IMG/VR virus record: IMGVR_UViG_3300007770_001284
Span: 186,001-250,000 of that record
Length of the DNA: 64,000 nt
Reading direction: 5' to 3' (one strand)
A program made the translations under genes and the position numbers. Below are positions 38,359 through 46,933 of this stretch, piece by piece. Every line of letters begins with the position of its first letter. The first letter of the stretch is position 1. The notes under the pieces are model-generated. The model made no database searches and was not told the origin of the DNA. It saw nothing but the letters and a program-made list of their open reading frames with translations.

Positions 38359-38558
38359 AGGGTCGTGTTTTGGAAATTCTAGACGTATTAAGTCAGCTAC
38401 CGCTACCCAGCCTTTATCCCCCTCCAGGAGCTCGTGTTTTATGTATAAAAGAAGACCCTGGTTTAGATGTTGGAGAACCGTGGTACGAAGTGCTGTATGA
38501 AAACAAAGTTTATAAAGTTGACAAATATATGGTCGCAGAATGCAAGCACCGAAAATAG
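38355..38558 (+). CDS. Small hypothetical protein
   Basis: Overlap chain. Confidence 0.5.
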   Translation: MKGRVLEILDVLSQLPLPSLYPPPGARVLCIKEDPGLDVGEPWYEVLYENKVYKVDKYMVAECKHRK

Positions 38559-38728
38559 AAGTAGGGGACTTAGTTCTTCTTAAAAATGGACTAACTGCGA
38601 TGATTTTAGAAGAGCACCTGGGCCCGCCTGCTCTTGGGGTATTTTATACTATTCTTGTAGATTCGCAAAAGAAAGAGATACCAGGCTTTGAAATAAAGCG
38701 GGTTGTTGTTCAAAATGAGGAAAAATGA
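38540..38728 (+). CDS. Small SH3/KOW-like hypothetical protein
   Basis: IEVGDLV. Confidence 0.5.
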   Translation: MQAPKIEVGDLVLLKNGLTAMILEEHLGPPALGVFYTILVDSQKKEIPGFEIKRVVVQNEEK

Positions 38729-39066
38729 AGATTATCTACGCTGCAGCCATGTTCACTCTTCTCCACACGCTTGTATGGTTTGCGGCAAATACACAGTTTA
38801 TTTCACCTGAGTGGAAAGAAAAATCTCTTCAGATAGCGATTTTAACAGCGGTTCCCGCATCGCTATGTGCTTATTACGGGGCGCGGTTTGCGTATACTGC
38901 GCTAAATGATAGCGTTTGGGCATCCAGGTTCTTGGCTTTTGGGATTTCATATCTTGTGTTCCCCATCTTGACATACGCCCTTTTGGGGGAATCGATGCTT
39001 ACTATGAAAACGATGCTTTGTGTTGGACTTTCTTTTACTATAATCTTTATTCAAGTTTTTTTGTAA
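38725..39066 (+). CDS. Four-TM membrane protein (SMR/DMT-like)
   Basis: Four hydrophobic segments; LLGES motif. Confidence 0.55.
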   Translation: MKIIYAAAMFTLLHTLVWFAANTQFISPEWKEKSLQIAILTAVPASLCAYYGARFAYTALNDSVWASRFLAFGISYLVFPILTYALLGESMLTMKTMLCVGLSFTIIFIQVFL

Positions 39067-39102
39067 TAAGCTAATTTGCTATGTTGCACGATATTTAGTA
39101 AT

Positions 39103-39702
39103 ATGGAACAAGCGTTTTCGAGAGAAGATTACGAAGATGTTTATGCGACTGCGAGGATGGCCCACATGGGTCAGAAGCGTCGCTCTGGAGCCCCGGGATT
39201 TTCTCACCCGAGCGCTGTACGTAATTTAGCAAGAAAATATTACCCTAATGATAAGCAAGCACAGTTTGTTGCCTTGTTACACGATACGCTGGAAGACGCT
39301 CCGAAGGAAGGCACTGTCGGCTCTGAGGAAGAAATGAAGTCCTGGATTAGGGGAGCGTTCGGTGATCCAAGCGCTGCCGAAAAAATTCTTGCGACTGTGG
39401 AGGCTCTGACGCACTCGGCGGGAGTACGCTACGACGTTTATATTTCCTCACTTTTGGGTGATGAACTGGCGCTTCGAGTTAAGCTTGTGGATATGCTTCA
39501 TAATCTACGCACAAGCCCATCACCAAAGCAAGCACAGAAATACAAGAATGCGCTAGAGGTTTTAACTGATCTTGCTGGTGGAAAACCTACCGGAATAAGC
39601 CGTGAACACTGGGGCGCTCTGCAAACTGCCCTGACCGCGGTGACAGAAAGCAGAAAGAGGCAGATCGAAATTTCGTGCAAAATTCGATATGGTGTGGTAT
39701 AA
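39103..39702 (+). CDS. HD-domain small alarmone hydrolase (Mesh1/SpoT hydrolase-like)
   Basis: HMGQKRRSG..HP, LLHDTLED, VKLVDMLHN. Confidence 0.8.
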   Translation: MEQAFSREDYEDVYATARMAHMGQKRRSGAPGFSHPSAVRNLARKYYPNDKQAQFVALLHDTLEDAPKEGTVGSEEEMKSWIRGAFGDPSAAEKILATVEALTHSAGVRYDVYISSLLGDELALRVKLVDMLHNLRTSPSPKQAQKYKNALEVLTDLAGGKPTGISREHWGALQTALTAVTESRKRQIEISCKIRYGVV

Positions 39703-39703
39703 T
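39675..39703 (+). promoter_or_regulatory. sigma70-type promoter GTGCAA-N17-TATAAT (TGTGG extended)
   Basis: Family member; AAGGAG follows. Confidence 0.65.
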
Positions 39704-39724
39704 AATAATGTAAAAGGAGCTGGG

Positions 39725-39910
39725 ATGCTTTGGAAGTTTACGAAGGGTCCACATAAGGGATCGACTGCTTTGGCGGTCGAAACATCGAAGCTAAAGACTG
39801 CTTCTCACTCTGAAGATAAAGACTTCGTTACTTTGTATGTTGATGGAAAGATGATCTCATTCCTGAGAGAAGCACTGGAACAAATTGCTGTTTATGTCGA
39901 TGAGCAATAG
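39725..39910 (+). CDS. Small hypothetical protein
   Basis: Promoter and RBS. Confidence 0.55.
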   Translation: MLWKFTKGPHKGSTALAVETSKLKTASHSEDKDFVTLYVDGKMISFLREALEQIAVYVDEQ

Positions 39911-39911
39911 A

Positions 39912-40793
39912 TTATTTTTTGCTTCTTCCAAATAAGCGGCCTCTTTCTTTTTTCGTTCCACCACCACGTTGTTCCAGTTCCGTTTCGATCCATTTTTTAC
40001 CAATCGGATTTTTAATAGGTCGATTGACAAATCCACCCACCGCTTTCTGTACTGCTTCGTCGACAGGGCCGTACACTGTGTTGTCAACAATCGAAATGTT
40101 TCCCTGTCCAAATAATCCTTGGAATGCGCCAAGGTTTGCTTGAACGTCTGTCCAGATTTCTTCAACTTTTTTCGGCGGCAGCTTTCTTGGTCGGTTCATA
40201 TTTCTTTCTTGCGCAACCTCAAGCGTTGTGTTGACAAAAATCATGTAGGTATCATAGCCAAGTTTTTCCATGGCCTCTTTTTTCTTTTCAATTTTGGCTA
40301 GATCATCACCGGTTCCATCGATAATAACACCGAGCCGTGCCGTTGACTTTGTGTATTGCTGCGTAGCTGCTGTCTTGTATTGTTTTGCTTTCCCTCGAGG
40401 TGAGCTGGCAGGTACACCACGTTCATCGTCAAGTCCTAGCTCATAAGCTTTTTCGGGATCTTCTCTTGCAATTCTTGCAAGATCGCCTGGGTCGACACCT
40501 GCTTCTTCAAGATATTTTTCAAAAGCTGGATCAGAGTTAATAATTTTAAGTCCCATGGCCGTCGAAGCCGACAATTCATTTGCGAGGCTTCCGCCAAAGA
40601 GCACTTTTGCCGTAAAGCTTTTTCCGCTTCCTGGACCGCCAGCCATAAAGACAGCTTTAAGAATTCCAGGATCGTAGATACCTTCGCTTAATAATTCTCT
40701 GATCGCTTCTCGGAGCGTGATCAGTTCATGCTTTGAAAGCTCTTCTCTAATAATATACTGTAATTGCTGTTTAGAGACATTTAGCTTTTTCAT
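39912..40793 (-). CDS. P-loop kinase (AAA_33/zeta-toxin-like) with double leader
   Basis: AGGPGSGKS, IIDGTG, ERNMNRPR; N-term QLQYIIREEL..LREAIRELLSE. Confidence 0.75.
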   Translation of the reverse strand: MKKLNVSKQQLQYIIREELSKHELITLREAIRELLSEGIYDPGILKAVFMAGGPGSGKSFTAKVLFGGSLANELSASTAMGLKIINSDPAFEKYLEEAGVDPGDLARIAREDPEKAYELGLDDERGVPASSPRGKAKQYKTAATQQYTKSTARLGVIIDGTGDDLAKIEKKKEAMEKLGYDTYMIFVNTTLEVAQERNMNRPRKLPPKKVEEIWTDVQANLGAFQGLFGQGNISIVDNTVYGPVDEAVQKAVGGFVNRPIKNPIGKKWIETELEQRGGGTKKERGRLFGRSKK

Positions 40794-40859
40794 TGCTATT
40801 CCATCGCACACATACGCTTTTCATAAATATGCGGTCCGGCCAGATAAAAATGCTTAAGC

Positions 40860-42092
40860 TTATAGTCCACCAAGTAATGTAATAGCAATCAACCCTGGAA
40901 TTCCTTCTTTTACATAGATGCCAGAGAAAACAGTATTTGCTCGACCACCGACGTATGAGAATGCTGACTCAAGTCGTCTTCCGACTTCGGGGTCCGAAGC
41001 CATGTTATTGTCCACCACCAGCAGCAGTGCACCTGTTTCTGTGTTTCCGCTTGGTGTAGGACAAGGAGATGAACGCAAGCACCCCTGATAGACAAGAGAA
41101 CCAAGGTCGTTCCTATTAACATCTCTAACAACTGTGCTTCCGATAACCATACGACCTGCTGTGCTCAAGCAGCGCTCCAAGTCCTTTGTATCAAATGTCT
41201 GGATTTCTGTATGCTCTGACGCAAGCTTAAAGACTTGCCACAAAAGCTTAGCAAAGTTTTTATTGGCTACTGGCATCATGTTGAGAAGACCAGTCCTACC
41301 ACGGAGCAACTGTAATTGTCTCTCGTTGTCTATTACAATATGGGGGCTAGTGCCTACATCACTCATAAGTGATTGATAATTCGACTTGATAGTGGGGTTG
41401 AGAAGCTCTTGAGCTGTTGGTTTCGTTACGATATAGACAACACGACCTGCTGCTTCAATTGACTGTAGGTAGCGGCTTAATGAAGAATCTAATTCGTGGC
41501 ACGCGCTACCGGTTCCTCCACCACCACCGGCGATAACGAATAACCAATCGACCTGTCCGATTCGTGTTCGAGCAGCATCTTCAACAAATGCGCTGTTTTC
41601 TGCTAACACTTTTTTTCCAAGTGTGATATCTTTTCCAACACCATCCGCTCCGGGAACAAGAACAAAATGTTGCGGATCAACTCCGCCCGGCTGGTCCTTT
41701 TCAGTTGTGTTAACAAGTATTGTCTTACTGAATCCGAGATCGAGAAATGCTTTTGCAATTTTCCCTCCCCCTCCGCCAACGCCTATGAATCCACAATTAA
41801 TAGCTGAAACAGCTGTGTTGTCGGGGAGTAGTCTTTCGTCTGTGGCCGCGGGATCATCATCGTAGGCCATTACGAAATCAAAATCATCTCCCGCATCTGG
41901 GATGTTGATATGTGCATCGTCCGTAGGATTATCGCTTGTTTGCGCTTGCTCTTCGATAGCTTTGTCATTGTCGGGCATAATTTTTTTTAACCTCTCAGAA
42001 ATAATAGTGTCTGGGTGTGGCTTTATTTTCTTGTTCTCTTCTATGTTGGTGGGTTGTTCTAGTCCAACGCGGTTCCAAGATGTAGAAGCCAT
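40860..42092 (-). CDS. Tubulin/FtsZ-family GTPase (PhuZ/CetZ-like)
   Basis: IGVGGGGGKI, VNT, GVGKD, AGGGGGTGS, IDNE, TFDTKD; alternative start ATG 41978. Confidence 0.8.
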   Translation of the reverse strand: MASTSWNRVGLEQPTNIEENKKIKPHPDTIISERLKKIMPDNDKAIEEQAQTSDNPTDDAHINIPDAGDDFDFVMAYDDDPAATDERLLPDNTAVSAINCGFIGVGGGGGKIAKAFLDLGFSKTILVNTTEKDQPGGVDPQHFVLVPGADGVGKDITLGKKVLAENSAFVEDAARTRIGQVDWLFVIAGGGGGTGSACHELDSSLSRYLQSIEAAGRVVYIVTKPTAQELLNPTIKSNYQSLMSDVGTSPHIVIDNERQLQLLRGRTGLLNMMPVANKNFAKLLWQVFKLASEHTEIQTFDTKDLERCLSTAGRMVIGSTVVRDVNRNDLGSLVYQGCLRSSPCPTPSGNTETGALLLVVDNNMASDPEVGRRLESAFSYVGGRANTVFSGIYVKEGIPGLIAITLLGGL

Positions 42093-42164
42093 ACCTCGTT
42101 CCTAAAATTATAATCGTATCCATGATGATATAAATATGTTGTTTTAGTACAATTGTACAAAGAA

Positions 42165-42509
42165 TGGTGGAGGCGGCGGGAGTCGAACCCGCGTCCAAAG
42201 CAGTTTAGGGATCAAGTCATTCACAGGTTTAGACAGTTTTTCTAAACTGACAAATCTTCCGCTGGTGAAACCCCCCTGCTCGCGGATACAAGGTTCGAGC
42301 ATTATTTTATTTCAGTGATGCTACTTCACTTAGCCTAAATTGGATAGATGGTTTTAGGCAACCACCCGATTACGCAGCTAGGGCGTATTCGAAGTGATTG
42401 TTGTTATTGGCAACTATCTTTTTTGAAACCGCGATTTAGGTCTGCTGTTTCCTGAGACCACCTGCACTCTTATACTCCTTTGCTACCCTGTCGAAGCCAT
42501 ATCGCCCCC
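42165..42509 (-). ncRNA. ssrA: tmRNA; tag peptide ANNNNHFEYALAA (42411-42370)
   Basis: 5' GGGGGCG pairs with 3' CGCCUCC-ACCA including G3:U70; T-arm GCGGG-UUCGACU-CCCGC; UAGUU before resume codon GCC; tag ends YALAA-stop. Confidence 0.95.
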
Positions 42510-42562
42510 AGGATGAAAATTTTAACTATGTCTTTTATTATATTTAAGATTGAGGGAATTTC

Positions 42563-43318
42563 ATGCCTATACGAAAAATAGTTGCATTTGATTTTGATGA
42601 CACGCTGGCGGTTACTGAATCGCGAATCGGTGTTCAGCGCCCAGAGGCAGCTGGAACGTCCTCTCCCACGTTAGAAGACTGGTTGCTAGACCACAATATT
42701 CAATATATGGATGTAACGGGTACGGGTGGTAATGAGTTTTATTGGTTAGATTCTGCAAATTTTGCATTGTATGAAGAGCATGCTGAAGGATTTGAGGATG
42801 TGATTGATTACGTTGGGACATCTTCATTTGATGTGAGCAAAGCTCAAGTGATTACCCCAATGTTAAAAAAGCTGGTTGAAGCAGAATCAGATCCTGATAC
42901 GCTAGCATTAATCATAACGGCGAGAGCAGGGAAGAAGCAGATGTACAGTCCGTCTCAGGGAACGTCAGTAAAGCCCTTAAACCGCTCCCAGATCCTTCAG
43001 TTCTTAAAAGATAATGGAATCAGCTTTGATGACAGCAGATTACATACAGTGGGTGACCAGGGCTCTAATAGCGCTGCACACAAGGTCAACGTATTGACTG
43101 GATATCTAAACAAGTATAAACCAGATGAGTTAATTTTTTATGATGATAACGAAAATAATGTAAGGGCAGTTGCTGCATTGTGTAAGCAATTTGCTCCGTC
43201 AGTGAAGATATCAGCTTTCCGCGTGGCAGCGGGGTGGATTTCTTCGGAATCTGGGTGCAATGAAACGGTTAATTTACGCTTGAAAAAGATACTTAGTCGT
43301 ACAGGCCGCGCTCGTTAG
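42563..43318 (+). CDS. HAD-family phosphatase
   Basis: AFDFDDT, ITAR, K, FYDD. Confidence 0.75.
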   Translation: MPIRKIVAFDFDDTLAVTESRIGVQRPEAAGTSSPTLEDWLLDHNIQYMDVTGTGGNEFYWLDSANFALYEEHAEGFEDVIDYVGTSSFDVSKAQVITPMLKKLVEAESDPDTLALIITARAGKKQMYSPSQGTSVKPLNRSQILQFLKDNGISFDDSRLHTVGDQGSNSAAHKVNVLTGYLNKYKPDELIFYDDNENNVRAVAALCKQFAPSVKISAFRVAAGWISSESGCNETVNLRLKKILSRTGRAR

Positions 43319-43348
43319 ACGTTGGCCGCCCTAATAGGACGTGCCGGA

Positions 43349-43888
43349 ATGTCATTATTGCGAGAATATATCAAAGAAATTCTTAATGAAAGCATTGAGT
43401 TTCGGACGCTTGATTCTCCCCTTAAGTACAGTCGCGCTTCAGATATAAAAAGAATAGCACTTTGCGATACATCGGTAGAAGAACCCCACATGGGCCCTAC
43501 TGGCAAGCCCAAAATAGATGCATACTTCAACCAAAGACAAGAGATGGAATATTATGGCGCTTCGGGTCGACGATTAAAGAAACCGAGAAAGGGCCAGCTG
43601 GTTCCCGGGGTTTCTGATGCTTGCGTTATTGGATTTTTAGACTACCACAAAGAAGGTGTTTCGTCAGGCGGAAATGATATGTGGTACATTGACTATATGA
43701 AGACTCGTGGTGATAAAGGTGGCCAAGGGACTGCCAGCATGCTGATTGATGAATTTTATAACACTGTTGCCAAACCTGGTGACAACGTTAGTTTTGGTAA
43801 GATGATGCGGAAAGAGATCGGTCACCTCAAAGATAAGATGGTAGACAAGTATCCAGAAGTTAGCACTAGAGGAGCAGTGAATTTCTAA
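43349..43888 (+). CDS. LLREY-leader protein, GNAT-like
   Basis: MSLLREYIKEILNE; YIDYMKTR..GGQGTASMLI. Confidence 0.55.
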   Translation: MSLLREYIKEILNESIEFRTLDSPLKYSRASDIKRIALCDTSVEEPHMGPTGKPKIDAYFNQRQEMEYYGASGRRLKKPRKGQLVPGVSDACVIGFLDYHKEGVSSGGNDMWYIDYMKTRGDKGGQGTASMLIDEFYNTVAKPGDNVSFGKMMRKEIGHLKDKMVDKYPEVSTRGAVNF

Positions 43889-44148
43889 TGAAAATCACAA
43901 GACGACAGATTAGACAGATCATTGCTGAAGAGCTTGCGCTCGATCTTGAGGTTGGAGACATCATACTAACCGGTCGCTTCAAGAACAAGCGAACGGTGGT
44001 CAAGAAACTTGGTACCGATGACCTGGGCCAACCGACTGTGAATGGCATGAAAGTGTTAGCGTTCAGGATTGAAAAATTGATGCCGAAAGAGAAGTGGAGC
44101 AAGAAGACAATCGCCGAACTTGAGAAGGAAGAGGAAGATAAGAAATGA
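43888..44148 (+). CDS. Leader-bearing small SH3-like protein
   Basis: MKITRRQIRQIIAEE; LEVGDIILTGRFKNK. Confidence 0.55.
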   Translation: MKITRRQIRQIIAEELALDLEVGDIILTGRFKNKRTVVKKLGTDDLGQPTVNGMKVLAFRIEKLMPKEKWSKKTIAELEKEEEDKK

Positions 44149-44825
44149 GGTTAACTGAATCTGCTTTACGACATTTGATACGCAGAACGTTGTTGGAAAA
44201 GAGCTGGGCTGATTTCCAGGCACCCAAGGGAAAGACCATCCCTATCGATCCTGCAGATTTTGCAACCAATACTCCGAACGTGCGTGACTTGGATGAAGAA
44301 ATATTTGACCTGATACAAGTTGCATATCAAGATGTCGAGCTAACGCCGGCGTCGGAAGAGGGCCCAGCGACATTTGGCAACATCAAAATTCAAAGTCCAG
44401 GGGATCTACCCTATAAATACACTATCATGAAGGGAGCCGACATAGACGAAGATCCTGACCCCGATTATTTTCGCGGCGGAAAGATGGTCAAGGGCCGATT
44501 CAAGCTGGGCATCGTCGGCCATGATGGAACTCGTGCTGCAATCGATCGCTATCTCGAAGAGACAGCAGCAGATCTAAGAGCTGGTGCAATTGCAGAGATG
44601 TCAGGGAAGATTGCACATATCATGATCACTCGACATGGAGTCCCTGCAGTTCAGACAGAGGAGGCTGTGGAAGCGATGCTAGGTAAAGAGGTGGACTGGA
44701 CAGGCCGACATCCTAACGAGAAATATGCGAATAGGTACGGGCCTGATTATGAGGCTTGGTATTGTCGTGGTATCTCGGGGGCATGCGCCGGAGACCACAT
44801 GAAGATTCTACTGGGCGGCGGATGA
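44145..44825 (+). CDS. Leader-bearing hypothetical protein
   Basis: MRLTESALRHLIRRTLLE. Confidence 0.55.
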   Translation: MRLTESALRHLIRRTLLEKSWADFQAPKGKTIPIDPADFATNTPNVRDLDEEIFDLIQVAYQDVELTPASEEGPATFGNIKIQSPGDLPYKYTIMKGADIDEDPDPDYFRGGKMVKGRFKLGIVGHDGTRAAIDRYLEETAADLRAGAIAEMSGKIAHIMITRHGVPAVQTEEAVEAMLGKEVDWTGRHPNEKYANRYGPDYEAWYCRGISGACAGDHMKILLGGG

Positions 44826-45292
44826 TGCAATTATTGAACGAATATGCAAGAGAGATTATGACATCGCAGGTTGACTCCGGATGTATTGATCTACGTGTAC
44901 GTGGCTTTAAAGTTAACGCTGAGCTGGCAACAACGACAGAAGCAAGAAATCGAGGCTTGATGCATAGACAATCGATGAATGAGGATGATGGTATGTTGTT
45001 CGTTTTCCCTGACACCGACTATCGTTCATTTTGGATGGAGAATACCTTCATCCCGTTGTCGATTGCTTATCTAACAGAAGCTGGAAAAATTATTAATATA
45101 GAGCGGATGCATCCTTTTAACCGAACTTCTGTAAGGTCAACAGAGCCAGCAAAGTATGCGCTAGAAATGAATGCTGGCTGGTTTAAGAAGCGAGGCGTTC
45201 AAGTTGGTGATGTTGTAAGTGGTATTTCTTCCATGAACGAGTCTATGCTCCGCGAGTACGTAAGAACTTTGCTAATAGAACAGAGCGGGTAA
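44822..45292 (+). CDS. DUF192-like protein with leader motif at both ends
   Basis: RGLMHR..GMLFVF..FWMENTFIPLSIAY..ALEMNAG; N-term LLNEYAREIM, C-term MLREYVRTLLIE. Confidence 0.8.
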   Translation: MMQLLNEYAREIMTSQVDSGCIDLRVRGFKVNAELATTTEARNRGLMHRQSMNEDDGMLFVFPDTDYRSFWMENTFIPLSIAYLTEAGKIINIERMHPFNRTSVRSTEPAKYALEMNAGWFKKRGVQVGDVVSGISSMNESMLREYVRTLLIEQSG

Positions 45293-45295
45293 TTC

Positions 45296-46933
45296 ATGAC
45301 TCTCCTCCGCGAATGCGTAAAAGAAATGCTTGTAGAAAGTAATGTACTTGCTACAGGAATGTGTTTTCCTTTCGCATACCAGAAAGCTGAAGAGTGGTTT
45401 AACGATCACTTTACGAAGGCTAAGCCGGGCCGCGGCCCAAAGAGGCACCCGAACTTAAATGACAAGAGTAAGTTCAAAGTTGTTCATGGTACAGTAACAG
45501 ATAAGTGGAAGAAGCCGCCGAAGCCAGTTGTTCATGGGTGGGTTGAAATGGGAGATCTAGTCTTTGATGATCAGACCAGAATAACAAAACCAAATGGTAT
45601 TGAAAAAGAATTCTATTACGATATGTATCAGCCTGAGGTGTACAAGGAGTTCACTGCTGAAGAGGCTATACTCAATTGTGCGATGAAGGGTGGTGAAGGG
45701 CCTTGGGATGATGATCTCTATGTGATGATGCAGGACCGTGATGCATGGATGAATGAAGCGCTACTTCGAGAAGCTACCGCGATTCGTGAGCCGTTAAATC
45801 TCTCTGTACCAGAAGACTTGAAAGATATCCACCGTCGTATGCAGCAAGCGGGAAAAGAATTATATGTCGTTGGAGGTGCTGTTCGTGATGCGTTGATGGG
45901 GAAGACTCCCAAAGATTACGATGTCGCTACGAATGCAACTCCAGACCAGGTGATTCGAATTTTACAGAGCCATGGCAGACTCAGGCTTGACTTAACAGGA
46001 AAAGCTTTTGGTGTGGTGAGAGTGAAGACCCCCGACAAAAATGAATACGAGATTGCAACATTTAGAGAAGATATAGGCCCCGGTCGTCGACCTGAGGGCG
46101 TGGCATTCACCAGTATAGAGGGTGATGTAAAAAGACGCGATCTGACAGTGAACGCGTTGTTCTATGATATGAATACAGGCGAGGTCGTTGATTACGTTGG
46201 TGGAATAAAAGACATTGAAGACGGCGTAATTCGAGCCGTTGGAGATCCAGCCCAACGTTTTGATGAAGACAGGCTACGTATTTTACGTACTATTCGATTC
46301 GCAGGCCGAATGGGCGCAGAGCTGGATCCTGCTACAAAGGCTGCAATTCTTAAAGACAATAGTTTGACTGATGTTAGCCCAGAGCGTATAAGGGAAGAAT
46401 TTTTGAACGGTGTTAGTTCTGCTGCTAACCTTGATCACTTTATAAACCTGATAACAGAACTGGGATTGTTTGAGCAGATATTCCCGGGTCTTCAAATTAC
46501 ACCGCTTTCTGGTACAGCCAGCAATCCGTATGTACAGGTTGCAGCATTGCTGGGTGATAATGCATCACAAGATACGCAGCAGGTGCTGGAAGAAATGCGT
46601 TATTCTCGTAAGCAGATTATTCTTATTAATTTTTTGATTCGATTGAAAAGCATCACAAAAGAAACTGCGCCCCAATTAAAGAAGGACTTCATTCGACACA
46701 AGATTTCTATTAATGATATTGAGGATTTCGCAGCTGTCACCCCTCAGCTTTCTGATCGTGTTGTTCAGGGCTTTTTGAAATTTGTTTCAAATCCGCCAGC
46801 CAGCAATCCACAAGAGCTAATGGCTCAAGGCCTTGCAGGTGAAGCAATAGGACAAGCTATGAAGGCAGCTGAGGTTGATGCATATTCGAGTTTGGTTGGC
46901 GAGTTAAGGTCGTACATACGGGAGCTATTATGA
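45296..46933 (+). CDS. Polyprotein: Cys-His-Asp (papain/transglutaminase-like) domain + class II CCA-adding tRNA nucleotidyltransferase
   Basis: GMCF..VVHG..HGWVE..DD; then VVGGAVRD..KDYDVAT, RRDLTVNAL, FDEDRLRILRTIRF, VSPERIREE. Confidence 0.8.
   Translation: MTLLRECVKEMLVESNVLATGMCFPFAYQKAEEWFNDHFTKAKPGRGPKRHPNLNDKSKFKVVHGTVTDKWKKPPKPVVHGWVEMGDLVFDDQTRITKPNGIEKEFYYDMYQPEVYKEFTAEEAILNCAMKGGEGPWDDDLYVMMQDRDAWMNEALLREATAIREPLNLSVPEDLKDIHRRMQQAGKELYVVGGAVRDALMGKTPKDYDVATNATPDQVIRILQSHGRLRLDLTGKAFGVVRVKTPDKNEYEIATFREDIGPGRRPEGVAFTSIEGDVKRRDLTVNALFYDMNTGEVVDYVGGIKDIEDGVIRAVGDPAQRFDEDRLRILRTIRFAGRMGAELDPATKAAILKDNSLTDVSPERIREEFLNGVSSAANLDHFINLITELGLFEQIFPGLQITPLSGTASNPYVQVAALLGDNASQDTQQVLEEMRYSRKQIILINFLIRLKSITKETAPQLKKDFIRHKISINDIEDFAAVTPQLSDRVVQGFLKFVSNPPASNPQELMAQGLAGEAIGQAMKAAEVDAYSSLVGELRSYIRELL

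Noticed and set aside
41995-42198. 67-aa minus-strand ORF, or a stand-alone tRNA/att site at 42165-42198
   Set aside because: It is the 3' tRNA-like domain of the full tmRNA; no integrase or duplicated att copy was seen
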